Shown here piece by piece: positions 55,005 to 64,000 of a stretch of 64,000 nt of DNA (the stretch's first letter is position 1; each line of letters opens with the position of its first letter). A program made the translations under genes and the position numbers. The DNA lies in NCBI GenBank assembly GCA_021813325.1, contig JAKALA010000003.1, positions 61,114 through 125,113 of the forward strand, written 5' to 3'. The notes under the pieces were generated by a model. It did not search any database and was not told the DNA's origin. It saw only the letters and a program-made list of their open reading frames with translations. Source of the DNA: a bacterium. Lineage in GTDB: Bacteria; Verrucomicrobiota; Verrucomicrobiia; Limisphaerales; UBA11358.

Positions 55005-55199
55005 AAATTTAAAAGCAAGATGGCACCAACCAAATCAATCGGGGTGGAACACGCCAAACGGCGCTCCTCTTGGGAAAGGAGCGCCGTCGCGGTCAGTGTT
55101 CCTCATCTTAAGCCGGAGGGGCGGCTTTTCCATTGATGCACCATGCCTGTTTGGAAATATTAACCTGCTGCCGCGCAGCTTCACGCGGGCACCGCTGCG

Positions 55200-57146
55200 T
55201 CACTGAATGGTGATGGGTGAACTGGTGCCGGAAGTGAGGTTGGTGCTGGTGGTGTCCGCGGCACCGACCGTCCAACTGCCCGGGGTGCCGAAATAGATTT
55301 CGACCGTGGCGGTGCCGTTGACCAGCGAGGGCGTGGCCGGGGTGGTGAAGTAGGCCCCGGGATCACCGGTGGTCACATTAAGGGCATCGGTGCTGCTGAC
55401 CATATGGAAGGTGGCATCCACCGCGTTGATGGTGGCCACCACCGGCGTAAAGGCGGCCACGGGCGCGGGCACGCCCACCTTGCCGGTCACCGTGTTCGGC
55501 GCATTCGTCTCGCCGGGCAGCAACACCTGCAATTGCGTCGCCGACCGCTTGATGAGACTGAAAAATACGGGATTCGCCCCGGTGGGATAAGTGTCGCCGG
55601 CCCCGCCCGGCACGAGCACGCGATTTCCGGAAGTCGTGCTCACGATGGGCGATGGGGTTAAATCAGTCCATAGAGGTGAGGCCAGATTGGTGCTGACCGA
55701 CAAGGTGAATCCTGAATCCGGCAGTGTCCAGTTCACCCAATACGTATCGTTGGAATGCACGAGCACTTGATCGTTGGCGTAGGCTGGCGCCCCCCAGTTG
55801 GTAGTGTCCAGCGAAGTCTGGCTGCTCCAAACGGTGTCCAGTGGTGAAGCCGAAGTCACGCCGCTGATTTTAAATTCGGAGTAGGTGGAGGATTGTCCGG
55901 CATTCGCGTCCGCATTTTGCTGATTGCCCATATAAACGCTCAACGGATTGGAGAAGTAGGTCTGGACGGCGATGTCATCCGGGAAATTGCCGGAGGCGCT
56001 GAGAGGCGTGCCGCCATCCAGCGGAACGTAATTGATGGTGACGTTGGTGTCATTGAGGAAGGTCACACTCCACGTTCCCAGTGGACTGGGCGCGGTCAGG
56101 GAGACCAGCGTGTTGGCGCCGAACTGGGAATTGCCGGTCGGCTGATTGGTCTTGTATTGAAAATTAGCGGTGGCGGTGCCGTCGGCGTTGCCATACATGG
56201 AAAGCTGGGCCACGTTGGCCGCATCGTAGTCCACTCCGGGATCGCCATACTGGCCATTTTGCACGAGGAAGATCACATCCTGAATCGGATGGTTGGTGTC
56301 CGGATAGGCGACGATCGTTTTGGAGTAGGTCACCGGGGTGGATCCTTGCCCAACCCACGAATAATTGCGCGCGCTGTTGGCCACATCAAACGCCATGCGA
56401 ATGCCGCGGGTGTAAGTGCCGCCAAGGCCGCCACACACAATCATCAGGCCCGGGGGGGAAGTGTTGCGGGTGAGCGCCAGTGTGGGCGGCGGCGGCGGGG
56501 TGTTGTTCCCTCCGAAAATGACGTTGTCCAGCCAGAAGCTGGTGCTGGCCAGATTGCCGCCGGTGCGGCTTTGCTGGATCTTGACGTAATAACCGATGAC
56601 GGCGCTCAACTTGGGATTGCTGGCCGCGTTGATGGGCAGGCTGACGTGAATCCAGCCGTTGCCGTTGGTGATGGCGGACGTGTAGATGCCGAGGGAAGTG
56701 GAGGGCCAGCCGTCGGACTGCGGAATGCAGCCGATTTCAATCGCCCCGTAGCTGTTGGCGCCGTCGGTGCCGCAGTTCGGATCGAACCTGATGTCGAAGG
56801 AAACGTTGGTGTAATGGTTGAGATTCAGCGTGGCGCTGCCGCTGAACCAGCGCGCCACCATGACTTGATCGCCGGACGCATTGGGCCAGGTGATGTTCCA
56901 CAACGCCGAACCGGAGCCGGGCGTGTTGTTGGTGAGCGTCGTGGTGGCATTTTGGGTGTCCCATACGATGGAAGGATAAGCGCTGCCCCAACCCTGATTG
57001 ACCAGGCTGCTCGTGGTGTCGGTGTCGAACTGGTCGGCCGCATAATTGGGGTAAGGTTGAGCCTGACTGACCAGCACGGTGGCGCCCCAGAGAAAACTGG
57101 TGACAGCCAGAACGGACCAGCGGCGTTTGAGTGGGTTGAATTTCAT
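55200..57146 (-). CDS. Secreted protein with an N-terminal CBM-like beta-sandwich module (shared with the divergent GH5 gene)
   Basis: Signal peptide ...LVSQAQ. The module motifs DQFDTD, WGSAYPSIVWD, NVSFDIRF, GAIEIGCIPQSDGWPST and FWLDNVIFGG are paralogous to residues ~25-200 of 57499-59994. Confidence 0.75.
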   Translation of the reverse strand: MKFNPLKRRWSVLAVTSFLWGATVLVSQAQPYPNYAADQFDTDTTSSLVNQGWGSAYPSIVWDTQNATTTLTNNTPGSGSALWNITWPNASGDQVMVARWFSGSATLNLNHYTNVSFDIRFDPNCGTDGANSYGAIEIGCIPQSDGWPSTSLGIYTSAITNGNGWIHVSLPINAASNPKLSAVIGYYVKIQQSRTGGNLASTSFWLDNVIFGGNNTPPPPPTLALTRNTSPPGLMIVCGGLGGTYTRGIRMAFDVANSARNYSWVGQGSTPVTYSKTIVAYPDTNHPIQDVIFLVQNGQYGDPGVDYDAANVAQLSMYGNADGTATANFQYKTNQPTGNSQFGANTLVSLTAPSPLGTWSVTFLNDTNVTINYVPLDGGTPLSASGNFPDDIAVQTYFSNPLSVYMGNQQNADANAGQSSTYSEFKISGVTSASPLDTVWSSQTSLDTTNWGAPAYANDQVLVHSNDTYWVNWTLPDSGFTLSVSTNLASPLWTDLTPSPIVSTTSGNRVLVPGGAGDTYPTGANPVFFSLIKRSATQLQVLLPGETNAPNTVTGKVGVPAPVAAFTPVVATINAVDATFHMVSSTDALNVTTGDPGAYFTTPATPSLVNGTATVEIYFGTPGSWTVGAADTTSTNLTSGTSSPITIQ

Positions 57147-57498
57147 GTCGATGATCGGGTTTGAGGTTGATTTGGATGGGGTGGCGATGCGCGTCTATTC
57201 ATGGGGGGCATCCGCCAGGGGGAACCTGGCGGACGGATCGGAAGAAATGCTTCGGCATGAAACAGGTGCCGGCAGCCGGACCAAACGTGGCAGCAATTTT
57301 GATCCGGCTTCGCTGGACCATACCAGTGAGCGCAGCGGATTTCTGTGGATCATGCAACGACCTTAGCAGCCGCCGAAATTTACGGTATCCCCCGAACGGC
57401 GTAATTTCATGGCCGTCATCCGGCGGCCCAAACTCGCGAACCAGGATTACGCGCTTTGAGGGATGGCCGAACGGTTGCAGACATTGTAGCGTTGGGCC

Positions 57499-59994
57499 AT
57501 GCCACGCAAAGCCAGACTTCTCCTCCTGCCGGCGCTCCTGTGGGCGGGAGCCGCTGCCGCCGGCGCTTCCAGTTTTGTGGTGGATCGGTTTGATGCCGAC
57601 ACCACGGCGAACTACGTCGATCAGCGCTGGGGCACCGCCCAGCCAGCCATCACTTGGGACAACGCGAATGATGCCAGCACCAATCACACCTCGGGTTCGG
57701 CGCGGTGGCAGATTTCCTGGCCCACCACCAATGATCAAATCGAGGCGACCCGCGCCTTGGACAACGGCACGGTGCTGGATTTAAACCAATACGCGAACGC
57801 AAGCTTCGATCTGCGCTTCGCGGCGAATTCCGCCACGGACGGGGCTGGCCGTTTTGGCGCGCTGGAAATGGATGCCGTGCCGCAGAGCGACGGCTGGCCT
57901 TCCACGGCTTTGGGCAGCTTCACCGCATCCGCAGCGGGCGGAACAAATTGGGTTCACGTGCAATTGCCCTTGAATGTTTCCGGCCAGTCGAAGTTGACGG
58001 CGGTCACCGGCATCGGGCTTAAACTCCAGCAGGCCCGCACCGGGTCCAATCTCAACGGGACGACCACCTTCTGGATCGACAATCTGGTTTTTGATGGCCT
58101 GCCCGCGCCGGGTGAATTCGCCGCGCCGCAATTGGTTCAATTGAATGCAGCCCGGACGTGGCAGCGGTTGGAGTTTGCCGTCACCAATGTTCCCACCGGC
58201 GCCAATCCCTTTGATCCGGAGAGCATCCGGCTGGATGCCACGTTCACTCTGCCATCGGGCAAGACGCAGTCAGCGCCGGCGTTCTGGTATCAGGACTACA
58301 CGCGCAGTCTGTCTGGCGGCACCGAGCTGGACGCGGAAAATGGTCCGCCGCAGTGGCGCTTGCGCATGACCCCTTCGGAGCCGGGCGATTATTCGCTTTC
58401 CCTGACGATCCGCACCAACGGATGGCTGATGGCGACGGTCGCCACCAATTTTAATGTGGTTTCCAATATCGCTCCCGCGCGATTTGGCTATGTCAGCGTG
58501 GCGCCGGGGAAGCAGTATTTTCAAACTGGAGACGGACGCGCTTTACCGTTGATCGGGGAGAATGTCGCGTGGCCCAACAGCCGGAAGACTTACGATTACG
58601 ACAATTATTTCAGTGCCATGCGCGTCGCTGGCGAAAATTTTGTCCGCGTCTGGATGTGTCCCTGGAGTTTCGGCATTGAAGACGCGCCCGGCACGTTGAC
58701 GAATTATTCCTTGCTGCCGGCCTGGCAGTTGGACCATGTGTTGCAACAGGCCGAGGCCAATGGAATTTATCTGCAACTCACGCTCATGTATCACGGCATG
58801 TTTGAGGTGAAGCCGGACTACTGGGGCGGCGGCAATTACTGGCCGCAAAATCCCTACAACGCCACCAACGGCGGCCCGTGCGTGAATCAAATGGCGTTCT
58901 TCACCAACTCGACGGCGATCGTTACCTATCAAAAACGGCTGCGCTATCTGATTGGCCGCTACGGTTACAGCCAGAATTTGTTCGCGTGGGAATTGTTCAA
59001 TGAAATCGACAACGAATACGCGTATCTGAACCCCACCGCTGTGGCCAACTGGCATGGCGTATTGGCCAACTGGCTCCATCTCAACGACAGCAATCGCCAT
59101 CTGGTCACCACGAGTTTGACCTCGGCTAAGTCGCATCCGGAAATGTGGAACGTGTCCACGCTCGATTTTTCCTCGGAGCACGCTTACACGATGTCGGCTT
59201 CGCCGTTGAGCGTTGCCGGCGATGCGCGATATTTTCAGCAAACCTTTGGCAAGCCCGTTGTCATTGGTGAGTTCGGCACGGACTGGCGCGGTTGGAATTA
59301 CAACAACAGCGATCCTTACCTGCGGGGTTACCGCCAGGGTTTGTGGGCTGGCGCGCTGGGCGGTTCCGCCGGCAGTTCCATGGCCTGGTGGTGGGATCAC
59401 TTTCCGGATTACTCGGCGTATTCGACCATGAACCAAATTCTCGGCCAAACCGACTGGGGAAAAGGCGCGTGGGCCAGCATCGGTTTTCAATCCAGCCCCA
59501 CAGTTGACGCCATCGGCATCAAAGGCGTGTTGCAATCGCTAATATACGTGGTGGCGGCCGACGCCGATTTCCCGGGCGGCGCGACCAATAGCGCTCTGCC
59601 ATTGCAACATGCGCAAGCTGTCACGCTCAACAACTGGCCCGACGGCCATTATTTCGCCCGCTGGTATGACCCGGCCACGGGAAGCAATTGGGGCACGGCC
59701 CAGGCTGTGGCCAACCAGGGCGCGCTGACGCTGTCGTTGCCGGATTTTACCGTCGATGTTGCCGGAGTGATCTACGCGGCGCCCACATTGACGGCGTCCA
59801 ATTTGAACTCCCAGGGCGCGTTTGAATTCAAGCTCAACGCGGGTGCGGGCGGCATTTATACCATTGAAAAATCATCAGACCTTGAGCACTGGAGTTCGTG
59901 GCTGACCTTGACAAACAGCCAGGGAAACACCTTGGTGTCCGATGCCGAGTTGACCAGTTCAACGGCTTTTTACCGGGTCCGTCAGCAAAATTAA
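57499..59994 (+). CDS. CBM-like module + GH5-type (beta/alpha)8 glycoside hydrolase + C-terminal beta-sandwich ending FYRV
   Basis: FAWELFNEID (acid/base NE) and KPVVIGEFG (nucleophile context). The N-terminal module has DRFDAD, WGTAQPAITWD, NASFDLRF, GALEMDAVPQSDGWPST and FWIDNLVFDG. Confidence 0.85.
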   Translation: MPRKARLLLLPALLWAGAAAAGASSFVVDRFDADTTANYVDQRWGTAQPAITWDNANDASTNHTSGSARWQISWPTTNDQIEATRALDNGTVLDLNQYANASFDLRFAANSATDGAGRFGALEMDAVPQSDGWPSTALGSFTASAAGGTNWVHVQLPLNVSGQSKLTAVTGIGLKLQQARTGSNLNGTTTFWIDNLVFDGLPAPGEFAAPQLVQLNAARTWQRLEFAVTNVPTGANPFDPESIRLDATFTLPSGKTQSAPAFWYQDYTRSLSGGTELDAENGPPQWRLRMTPSEPGDYSLSLTIRTNGWLMATVATNFNVVSNIAPARFGYVSVAPGKQYFQTGDGRALPLIGENVAWPNSRKTYDYDNYFSAMRVAGENFVRVWMCPWSFGIEDAPGTLTNYSLLPAWQLDHVLQQAEANGIYLQLTLMYHGMFEVKPDYWGGGNYWPQNPYNATNGGPCVNQMAFFTNSTAIVTYQKRLRYLIGRYGYSQNLFAWELFNEIDNEYAYLNPTAVANWHGVLANWLHLNDSNRHLVTTSLTSAKSHPEMWNVSTLDFSSEHAYTMSASPLSVAGDARYFQQTFGKPVVIGEFGTDWRGWNYNNSDPYLRGYRQGLWAGALGGSAGSSMAWWWDHFPDYSAYSTMNQILGQTDWGKGAWASIGFQSSPTVDAIGIKGVLQSLIYVVAADADFPGGATNSALPLQHAQAVTLNNWPDGHYFARWYDPATGSNWGTAQAVANQGALTLSLPDFTVDVAGVIYAAPTLTASNLNSQGAFEFKLNAGAGGIYTIEKSSDLEHWSSWLTLTNSQGNTLVSDAELTSSTAFYRVRQQN

Positions 59995-60029
59995 GCCGAT
60001 TTGAACCGGGTTTCGGTGCAAGCGGTAAT

Positions 60030-61412
60030 TCACCAGACATAGGTGCCGACCGAGCCGCCGTCGAGGACTGCGGCGAAAGCCTGGTCGTGAAAGCGCACCG
60101 CAAACGTTTGGCGTTGCGGGCTGTGATTGGCCACGATCAACACCATGCCCGCAGGCGTTTTGAACGCCACGTTGGGCAATGAATCCGGCAGGTTGGAGGC
60201 CACGCGGACGGAGCCTGGCCGGACAAATTTGGAGGCATGGGCCACGACATAATATGCGAGGTTGCGTGTGACTTTGTTGCCATCGATGGTGATCGCTCCC
60301 TGACAAATGCCGCAGCCGCCGTCGCGGGTGTGCGGTTCGTTGTTCGGATCCGCCGCGAGGTTCCACAGCAGCACGTTGCGCGACCAGTTGCGCGGCGCGC
60401 CCACGATCAGCCGGCTCACCGGCCCGGCGATGTCGATGCCCGGATGATGGCCGCGTTCAATGGTCATTTGCTCGGTGAAATATAAATTTTTCCCCGGAAA
60501 TGCATCATGCACCTGGCTCATGGCCTCGATTTTCCCGGCGTATAGATGAAATCCGGAGCCGTCCACATAGCGCGCGGCTTCCGGATCGCGCAAAATCGAA
60601 ATCGGATATTCGGGCACGTCGCAGTTGTGGTCCCAGAGAATGATTTTGGTGTCGAGATGTTGGGCGGCCAACGCCGGCCCCAGGTTTTCCTTGATGAACC
60701 GGGCTTCCTCCGCCGCTGACATTTGCATGCTGGGAGTATTGCCGTCGTTGAAAGGCTCGTTCTGAATGGTGATGGCGTCGATGTGAATGCCTTCCTGCTG
60801 CATGCCTTGAAGGTATTTTACGAAATAACGCGCATAGACGTCGTAACACTCGGGCTTGAGCCGTCCGCTCTTGACCTTGCCATTGGTTTTCATCCAGTTG
60901 GGGGCCGTCCACGGAGAACCGAGAATCTTGATTTGCGGGTTGATGGCCATAATTTGTTTGAGCACCGGGATGACGTCGCCTTGATCGGGTCCCAAACTGA
61001 AACGTTTCAATTCGGGATCGCTCTGGCTAGGTTCCACGTCGTCGTAGGTATAGACGAAACTGTTCAAATCGGATGCGCCAATGCTGACCCGCAGATAGCT
61101 GATGCCAATATCGCCGTCGCCCGTGCCAAACAACTCCTGTAGCAAGGCCGCGCGCTTGGCCGGTTCCATGCGAATAATGTGCATGGCGCTCCCGCCGGTC
61201 AGCGCAAAACCAAAACCGTCCATCGTTTGGAATGTTTGCTTGTCATCCACAGTAATGACGGACTCCAAGCTGGTGTTGGTGGTAAAGATCAGTTTATCCG
61301 GCTGAAGAGCAAATAGCGCGGACCGGTCGCTTTTCGTGAGCCAGAGTTGGGCGCTGGTTTCGGCGGCGGACAGCGGCAGGGAGGCCAAAAGAAGCAGGAG
61401 GAGGAATTTCAT
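60030..61412 (-). CDS. Glycoside hydrolase family 30 protein
   Basis: DGFGFALTGGSA, ISYLRVSIGASD, GSPWTAPNWMK and AITIQNEP (acid/base) with YFTEQ. The signal peptide is MKFLLLLLLASLPLSA. The ORF is open to 61457, but ATG 61412 is preferred. Confidence 0.88.
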   Translation of the reverse strand: MKFLLLLLLASLPLSAAETSAQLWLTKSDRSALFALQPDKLIFTTNTSLESVITVDDKQTFQTMDGFGFALTGGSAMHIIRMEPAKRAALLQELFGTGDGDIGISYLRVSIGASDLNSFVYTYDDVEPSQSDPELKRFSLGPDQGDVIPVLKQIMAINPQIKILGSPWTAPNWMKTNGKVKSGRLKPECYDVYARYFVKYLQGMQQEGIHIDAITIQNEPFNDGNTPSMQMSAAEEARFIKENLGPALAAQHLDTKIILWDHNCDVPEYPISILRDPEAARYVDGSGFHLYAGKIEAMSQVHDAFPGKNLYFTEQMTIERGHHPGIDIAGPVSRLIVGAPRNWSRNVLLWNLAADPNNEPHTRDGGCGICQGAITIDGNKVTRNLAYYVVAHASKFVRPGSVRVASNLPDSLPNVAFKTPAGMVLIVANHSPQRQTFAVRFHDQAFAAVLDGGSVGTYVW

Positions 61413-61457
61413 GGGATTCAATGAGCGCAGGATGACAAATTTCCCGGTGGTGGTCAT

Positions 61458-62573
61458 TTAAATTGATTGAGACGCCAAGAGCATTAATGGCTTTGCCATC
61501 GCGTCAATAGTTTTCGGTTCGGATTGCGGTGCCTCGCCCATCGGCAACGCCACGGCGCTGAAGGCGCAAATTGCGAGCAGCGAGGCGAAGGTTAAGCCGG
61601 CCTTGCGCGGCGCGCGGAAATCCACCAATCGCTCAATGCGCTGCCGCAACGCACTGCGCGATTCCATGATTCCAACCAAACCGAGACTCAACAACGGACG
61701 GCGAAACGCCAGTTTCGCCACTGCCAGCAGCGCCGGCGCGTAGCCATCCGCCTCGTCGCGCAAGGCCAGCATCACCGCGTCGTCCACCGCTTCTTCACGC
61801 AGGCGGCGGATGCGCGCATTGGCCAGCCAGAGCAGCGGATGCCACCAATAAACGATCTGAATCAAGGCTCGCGCGCAGTTCACCCAAACATCACCGCGGC
61901 GCAGATGAAACAACTCATGCAGCAACACGGCGCGAAGCTGTTCACTCGAAAGTTTCTCCGCCAATTCGCGCGGCAGCAGTATGACTGGACGAAACAAACC
62001 GCAAACCGCCGGTGACATCCGGCCCTCGACCATTTTGAGCCGGACAGGTGAACGCCACTTGGCAAAAGTTTGAGCGGCGGCCAGCGCGCCCGAATCGGTT
62101 TCCACCGGCTTTGCCTTCCACACCATCCGGGCCACCTGCCACCAGCGAACGGTCATCCACAGCAGCAACATTGCGCTCACCGTTGAAGCCGTCAGCAACA
62201 GCCAGCCGGTTCGTTCCAATCGGGGCGGCGGTGGCGGAGGCAATGGAACACTTGAAACTTCAAAGTCGGCTGGCGGCAGGGTTTCACCATAGCTGACGGA
62301 GTATTGTTTCAAAACCGGCTGAGGAGCGACCTCTTTGGCGGGTATCAGCCACCATGCGGCGCCGGTGGACAAAGCGAGCGTTGGCGGCAGGAGCAATTTT
62401 GCCAGCACGACTAGCCAAAGGGCGTAACGCCCGGCCGCCCGGATTTCTTTGGCCAGCAAAAAATCCAGGCAGAAGACGATGATCATGAGCCGGCTGGATT
62501 GCCACAAAACCGGCCAGCCAACACGCAGCAGTCGTTCGCCCGCTCCGTTCAAGTTTTCAATGATGGTATTCAT
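61458..62573 (-). CDS. BlaR1/MecR1-like M56-family membrane metalloprotease (signal transducer)
   Basis: Multi-TM N-terminus and the zinc motif HELFHLRRGD (HExxH). It is positioned directly after a BlaI-family gene. Confidence 0.88.
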   Translation of the reverse strand: MNTIIENLNGAGERLLRVGWPVLWQSSRLMIIVFCLDFLLAKEIRAAGRYALWLVVLAKLLLPPTLALSTGAAWWLIPAKEVAPQPVLKQYSVSYGETLPPADFEVSSVPLPPPPPPRLERTGWLLLTASTVSAMLLLWMTVRWWQVARMVWKAKPVETDSGALAAAQTFAKWRSPVRLKMVEGRMSPAVCGLFRPVILLPRELAEKLSSEQLRAVLLHELFHLRRGDVWVNCARALIQIVYWWHPLLWLANARIRRLREEAVDDAVMLALRDEADGYAPALLAVAKLAFRRPLLSLGLVGIMESRSALRQRIERLVDFRAPRKAGLTFASLLAICAFSAVALPMGEAPQSEPKTIDAMAKPLMLLASQSI

Positions 62574-62594
62574 GGTTTCCCGTTCCGATTCCGA

Positions 62595-62984
62595 TTACTT
62601 TTTGACCGATTTCTTTTTGGCTTTGATGAGTGATTCCAGCCCGGCCAGCTCTGCTTCATTCAGATCGTTGTTGTCCAACAGGCACTGAACCATGGGCGTG
62701 AGCGCGCCATTGAAAGCATGCTTGAGCGCGTAAACCAGTTCGCTGCGCTGGGCCTCATTGCGCGTCACGGCAGAACTGTAAATGGTCAGCTTGCCTTCCT
62801 TTTTGGCCTTGAGCGCACCCTTGGCCGCCATGCGATCCATGAGGGTGCGCACGGTGGAATAATGCCAGCCGGTGGATTTAAAAAGTTTTTCCTGAATGGC
62901 CGGCGCCGTGCAGGGCTCGGAATCCCAAACGGTTTTGATAATGGACCATTCCGCCTCGGTCAGTTCGATGGATTGCGTGGTCAT
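62595..62984 (-). CDS. BlaI/MecI/CopY-family transcriptional repressor
   Basis: LTEAEWSIIKTVWDSEPCTAPAIQEKL...WHYSTVRTLMDRMAAKGAL is a Penicillinase_R winged helix. Confidence 0.92.
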   Translation of the reverse strand: MTTQSIELTEAEWSIIKTVWDSEPCTAPAIQEKLFKSTGWHYSTVRTLMDRMAAKGALKAKKEGKLTIYSSAVTRNEAQRSELVYALKHAFNGALTPMVQCLLDNNDLNEAELAGLESLIKAKKKSVKK

Positions 62985-62996
62985 GGAGCGACTATC

Positions 62997-63041
62997 TCTA
63001 CAAATGTAAAGATAATCAAGCGCATTCTCTACAATTGTAGA
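62997..63041 (-). promoter_or_regulatory. Two BlaI/MecI-type TACA-N2-TGTA operator-like dyads upstream of the BlaI-family gene
   Basis: TACAAATGTA (62999-63008) and the 14-bp perfect palindrome TCTACAATTGTAGA (63028-63041). The dyad centres are 31 bp apart, and both are preceded by TCTC. Confidence 0.6.
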
Positions 63042-63052
63042 TTTTACCGTGA

Positions 63053-64000
63053 TCAGTTGCCGTCTTCCGAGAGCGGCTGCGGAGGAATGCTCTTTCCATT
63101 TGGCGGGTGGTCGGCATCGGAACGCACCCGGTTGCCTGAAGAGTCAACCAGAGTGGCTGTGACGAAAATCATCAATTCCTTGCTGTTCTGATTCGCTTGG
63201 CGGGAAGTTTCTTTCCCTCCAAGGGCATTATTTTCCGGCAAAACGCCAATCACAGCCGTTTGTCCGTCCCAAATATTTAGTTTGATCGGTCTCTGGCCAA
63301 TGGGAAACCTTGGCGAATTTTCCGGCAGAACATTTTTTGGCCCAACCTTCGTCCGAACCACCGTTGCATTGGTTGTTGCGTGGCTATCTACATACTGAAG
63401 TAATGAAGGAATAAGCGTCAAATTAATCGTGTAGTTATCTGACAACACTTTCGGCAGCACATCCAGGATCGGCCCTGTTTCCACAAGCTCGTGCGCCGGT
63501 TCAGGCCAAATCTGAGCTGGACCAGAGATTGCCCCCAGCTTGGTATCATTTGAATCAAGGTTTCGAATAGATGTGGCCCGCATTTGCGTCTGCCTTCCGC
63601 TTGATGTCGTGGTTTCCGGTTCAGCCAAAAAGTTTACTCCCTTGCCCATCTCCAAAGCGCGCATAACCGTCTTAAAATTCTCCGCATTGAGAATCCCGAT
63701 CATGGCACCCAAAGAAGCAAGATTAGTGACTCTTCGATCAAGCCTCTGGATCTGGCTAAAACCTGCCAACATTTCTTTTGGCACCTCCACAAACCGTGCC
63801 TTGATGTGAACAGCCGCGCTCCCGTCTTTTTGATATTCAAAAACAGCTTTTTCTATTATTTCCAAATCAGCCTCCGTAGCCCTGACATAAATTCTGCCAA
63901 CCCGGTCGTTATAAAAAATGGATTTACCCGGAGGGGATTCAAAGTTCACGCCTAGCCCGGTGAGATCCCTTTTCAGCGCCATGGTAACAGACGAAGACGT
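63053..64000 (-). CDS. Secretin-like (type II/III secretion system protein family) gene. The 5' end probably lies beyond the window
   Basis: IKARFVEVPKE..., LEMGKGVNFLAEPETTTSSGRQTQMRA and IWDGQTAVIGVLPEN...LMIFVTATLVD follow the degenerate secretin C-domain pattern. The frame stays open from Met 63982 to the window edge. Confidence 0.6.
   Translation of the reverse strand, partial: TSSSVTMALKRDLTGLGVNFESPPGKSIFYNDRVGRIYVRATEADLEIIEKAVFEYQKDGSAAVHIKARFVEVPKEMLAGFSQIQRLDRRVTNLASLGAMIGILNAENFKTVMRALEMGKGVNFLAEPETTTSSGRQTQMRATSIRNLDSNDTKLGAISGPAQIWPEPAHELVETGPILDVLPKVLSDNYTINLTLIPSLLQYVDSHATTNATVVRTKVGPKNVLPENSPRFPIGQRPIKLNIWDGQTAVIGVLPENNALGGKETSRQANQNSKELMIFVTATLVDSSGNRVRSDADHPPNGKSIPPQPLSEDGN

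Overview
A 64-kb chromosomal segment. Hand-counted 60-nt samples give about 60% GC, with a few clearly AT-richer islets. The gene content suggests Verrucomicrobiota or Planctomycetota, by inference only: a PVM-type bacterial microcompartment (BMC) operon, a 1,967-aa autotransporter-repeat (PATR) protein, sulfatase/GH loci with NarL-type two-component systems, GxxExxY remnants and GC-rich palindromic repeats. Gene order: SNF2 helicase (5' partial) | REC-like/PAS/PP2C phosphatase | EF-G paralog | Wzz-like protein | tRNA-Val(CAC) followed by three mobile-element gene fragments | DeoR regulator | low-GC two-gene cassette | PduL, 3x BMC-H, AckA, 3x BMC-P, acylating aldehyde dehydrogenase and class II aldolase (BMC operon) | low-GC HEAT-repeat insertion | secreted proteins, TPR protein, UvrA, IS66 remnant | glycan region 1 (LamG-like proteins, 5'-truncated sulfatase, beta-propeller sensor kinase, giant PATR protein, NarL RR, GH43) | infA, RRM protein, NMO-like oxidoreductase, fatty-acid desaturase | glycan region 2 (GH43, GH2, RR, sensor kinase, CBM-like protein, GH5, GH30) | BlaR1/BlaI pair plus a secretin-like gene that probably runs off the window. 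The most unusual signal is a family of about 30-nt terminal inverted repeats built from three phased CACRRAT heptamers. They sit on or next to stop codons across the BMC locus and bracket cargo of very different size. One cargo is a 1.5-kb low-GC cassette (an unknown 348-aa protein plus a DUF2513 protein) wedged between the DeoR regulator and the BMC operon. Other notable points: an in-frame palindromic-repeat insertion inside ackA, a 41-bp duplication of the aldolase 3' end (its putative encapsulation peptide) flanking a 0.9-kb insertion, and a recurrent uncharacterised LamG-like module in three proteins. All functional calls rest on motif recognition by eye. No database search or computation was run.
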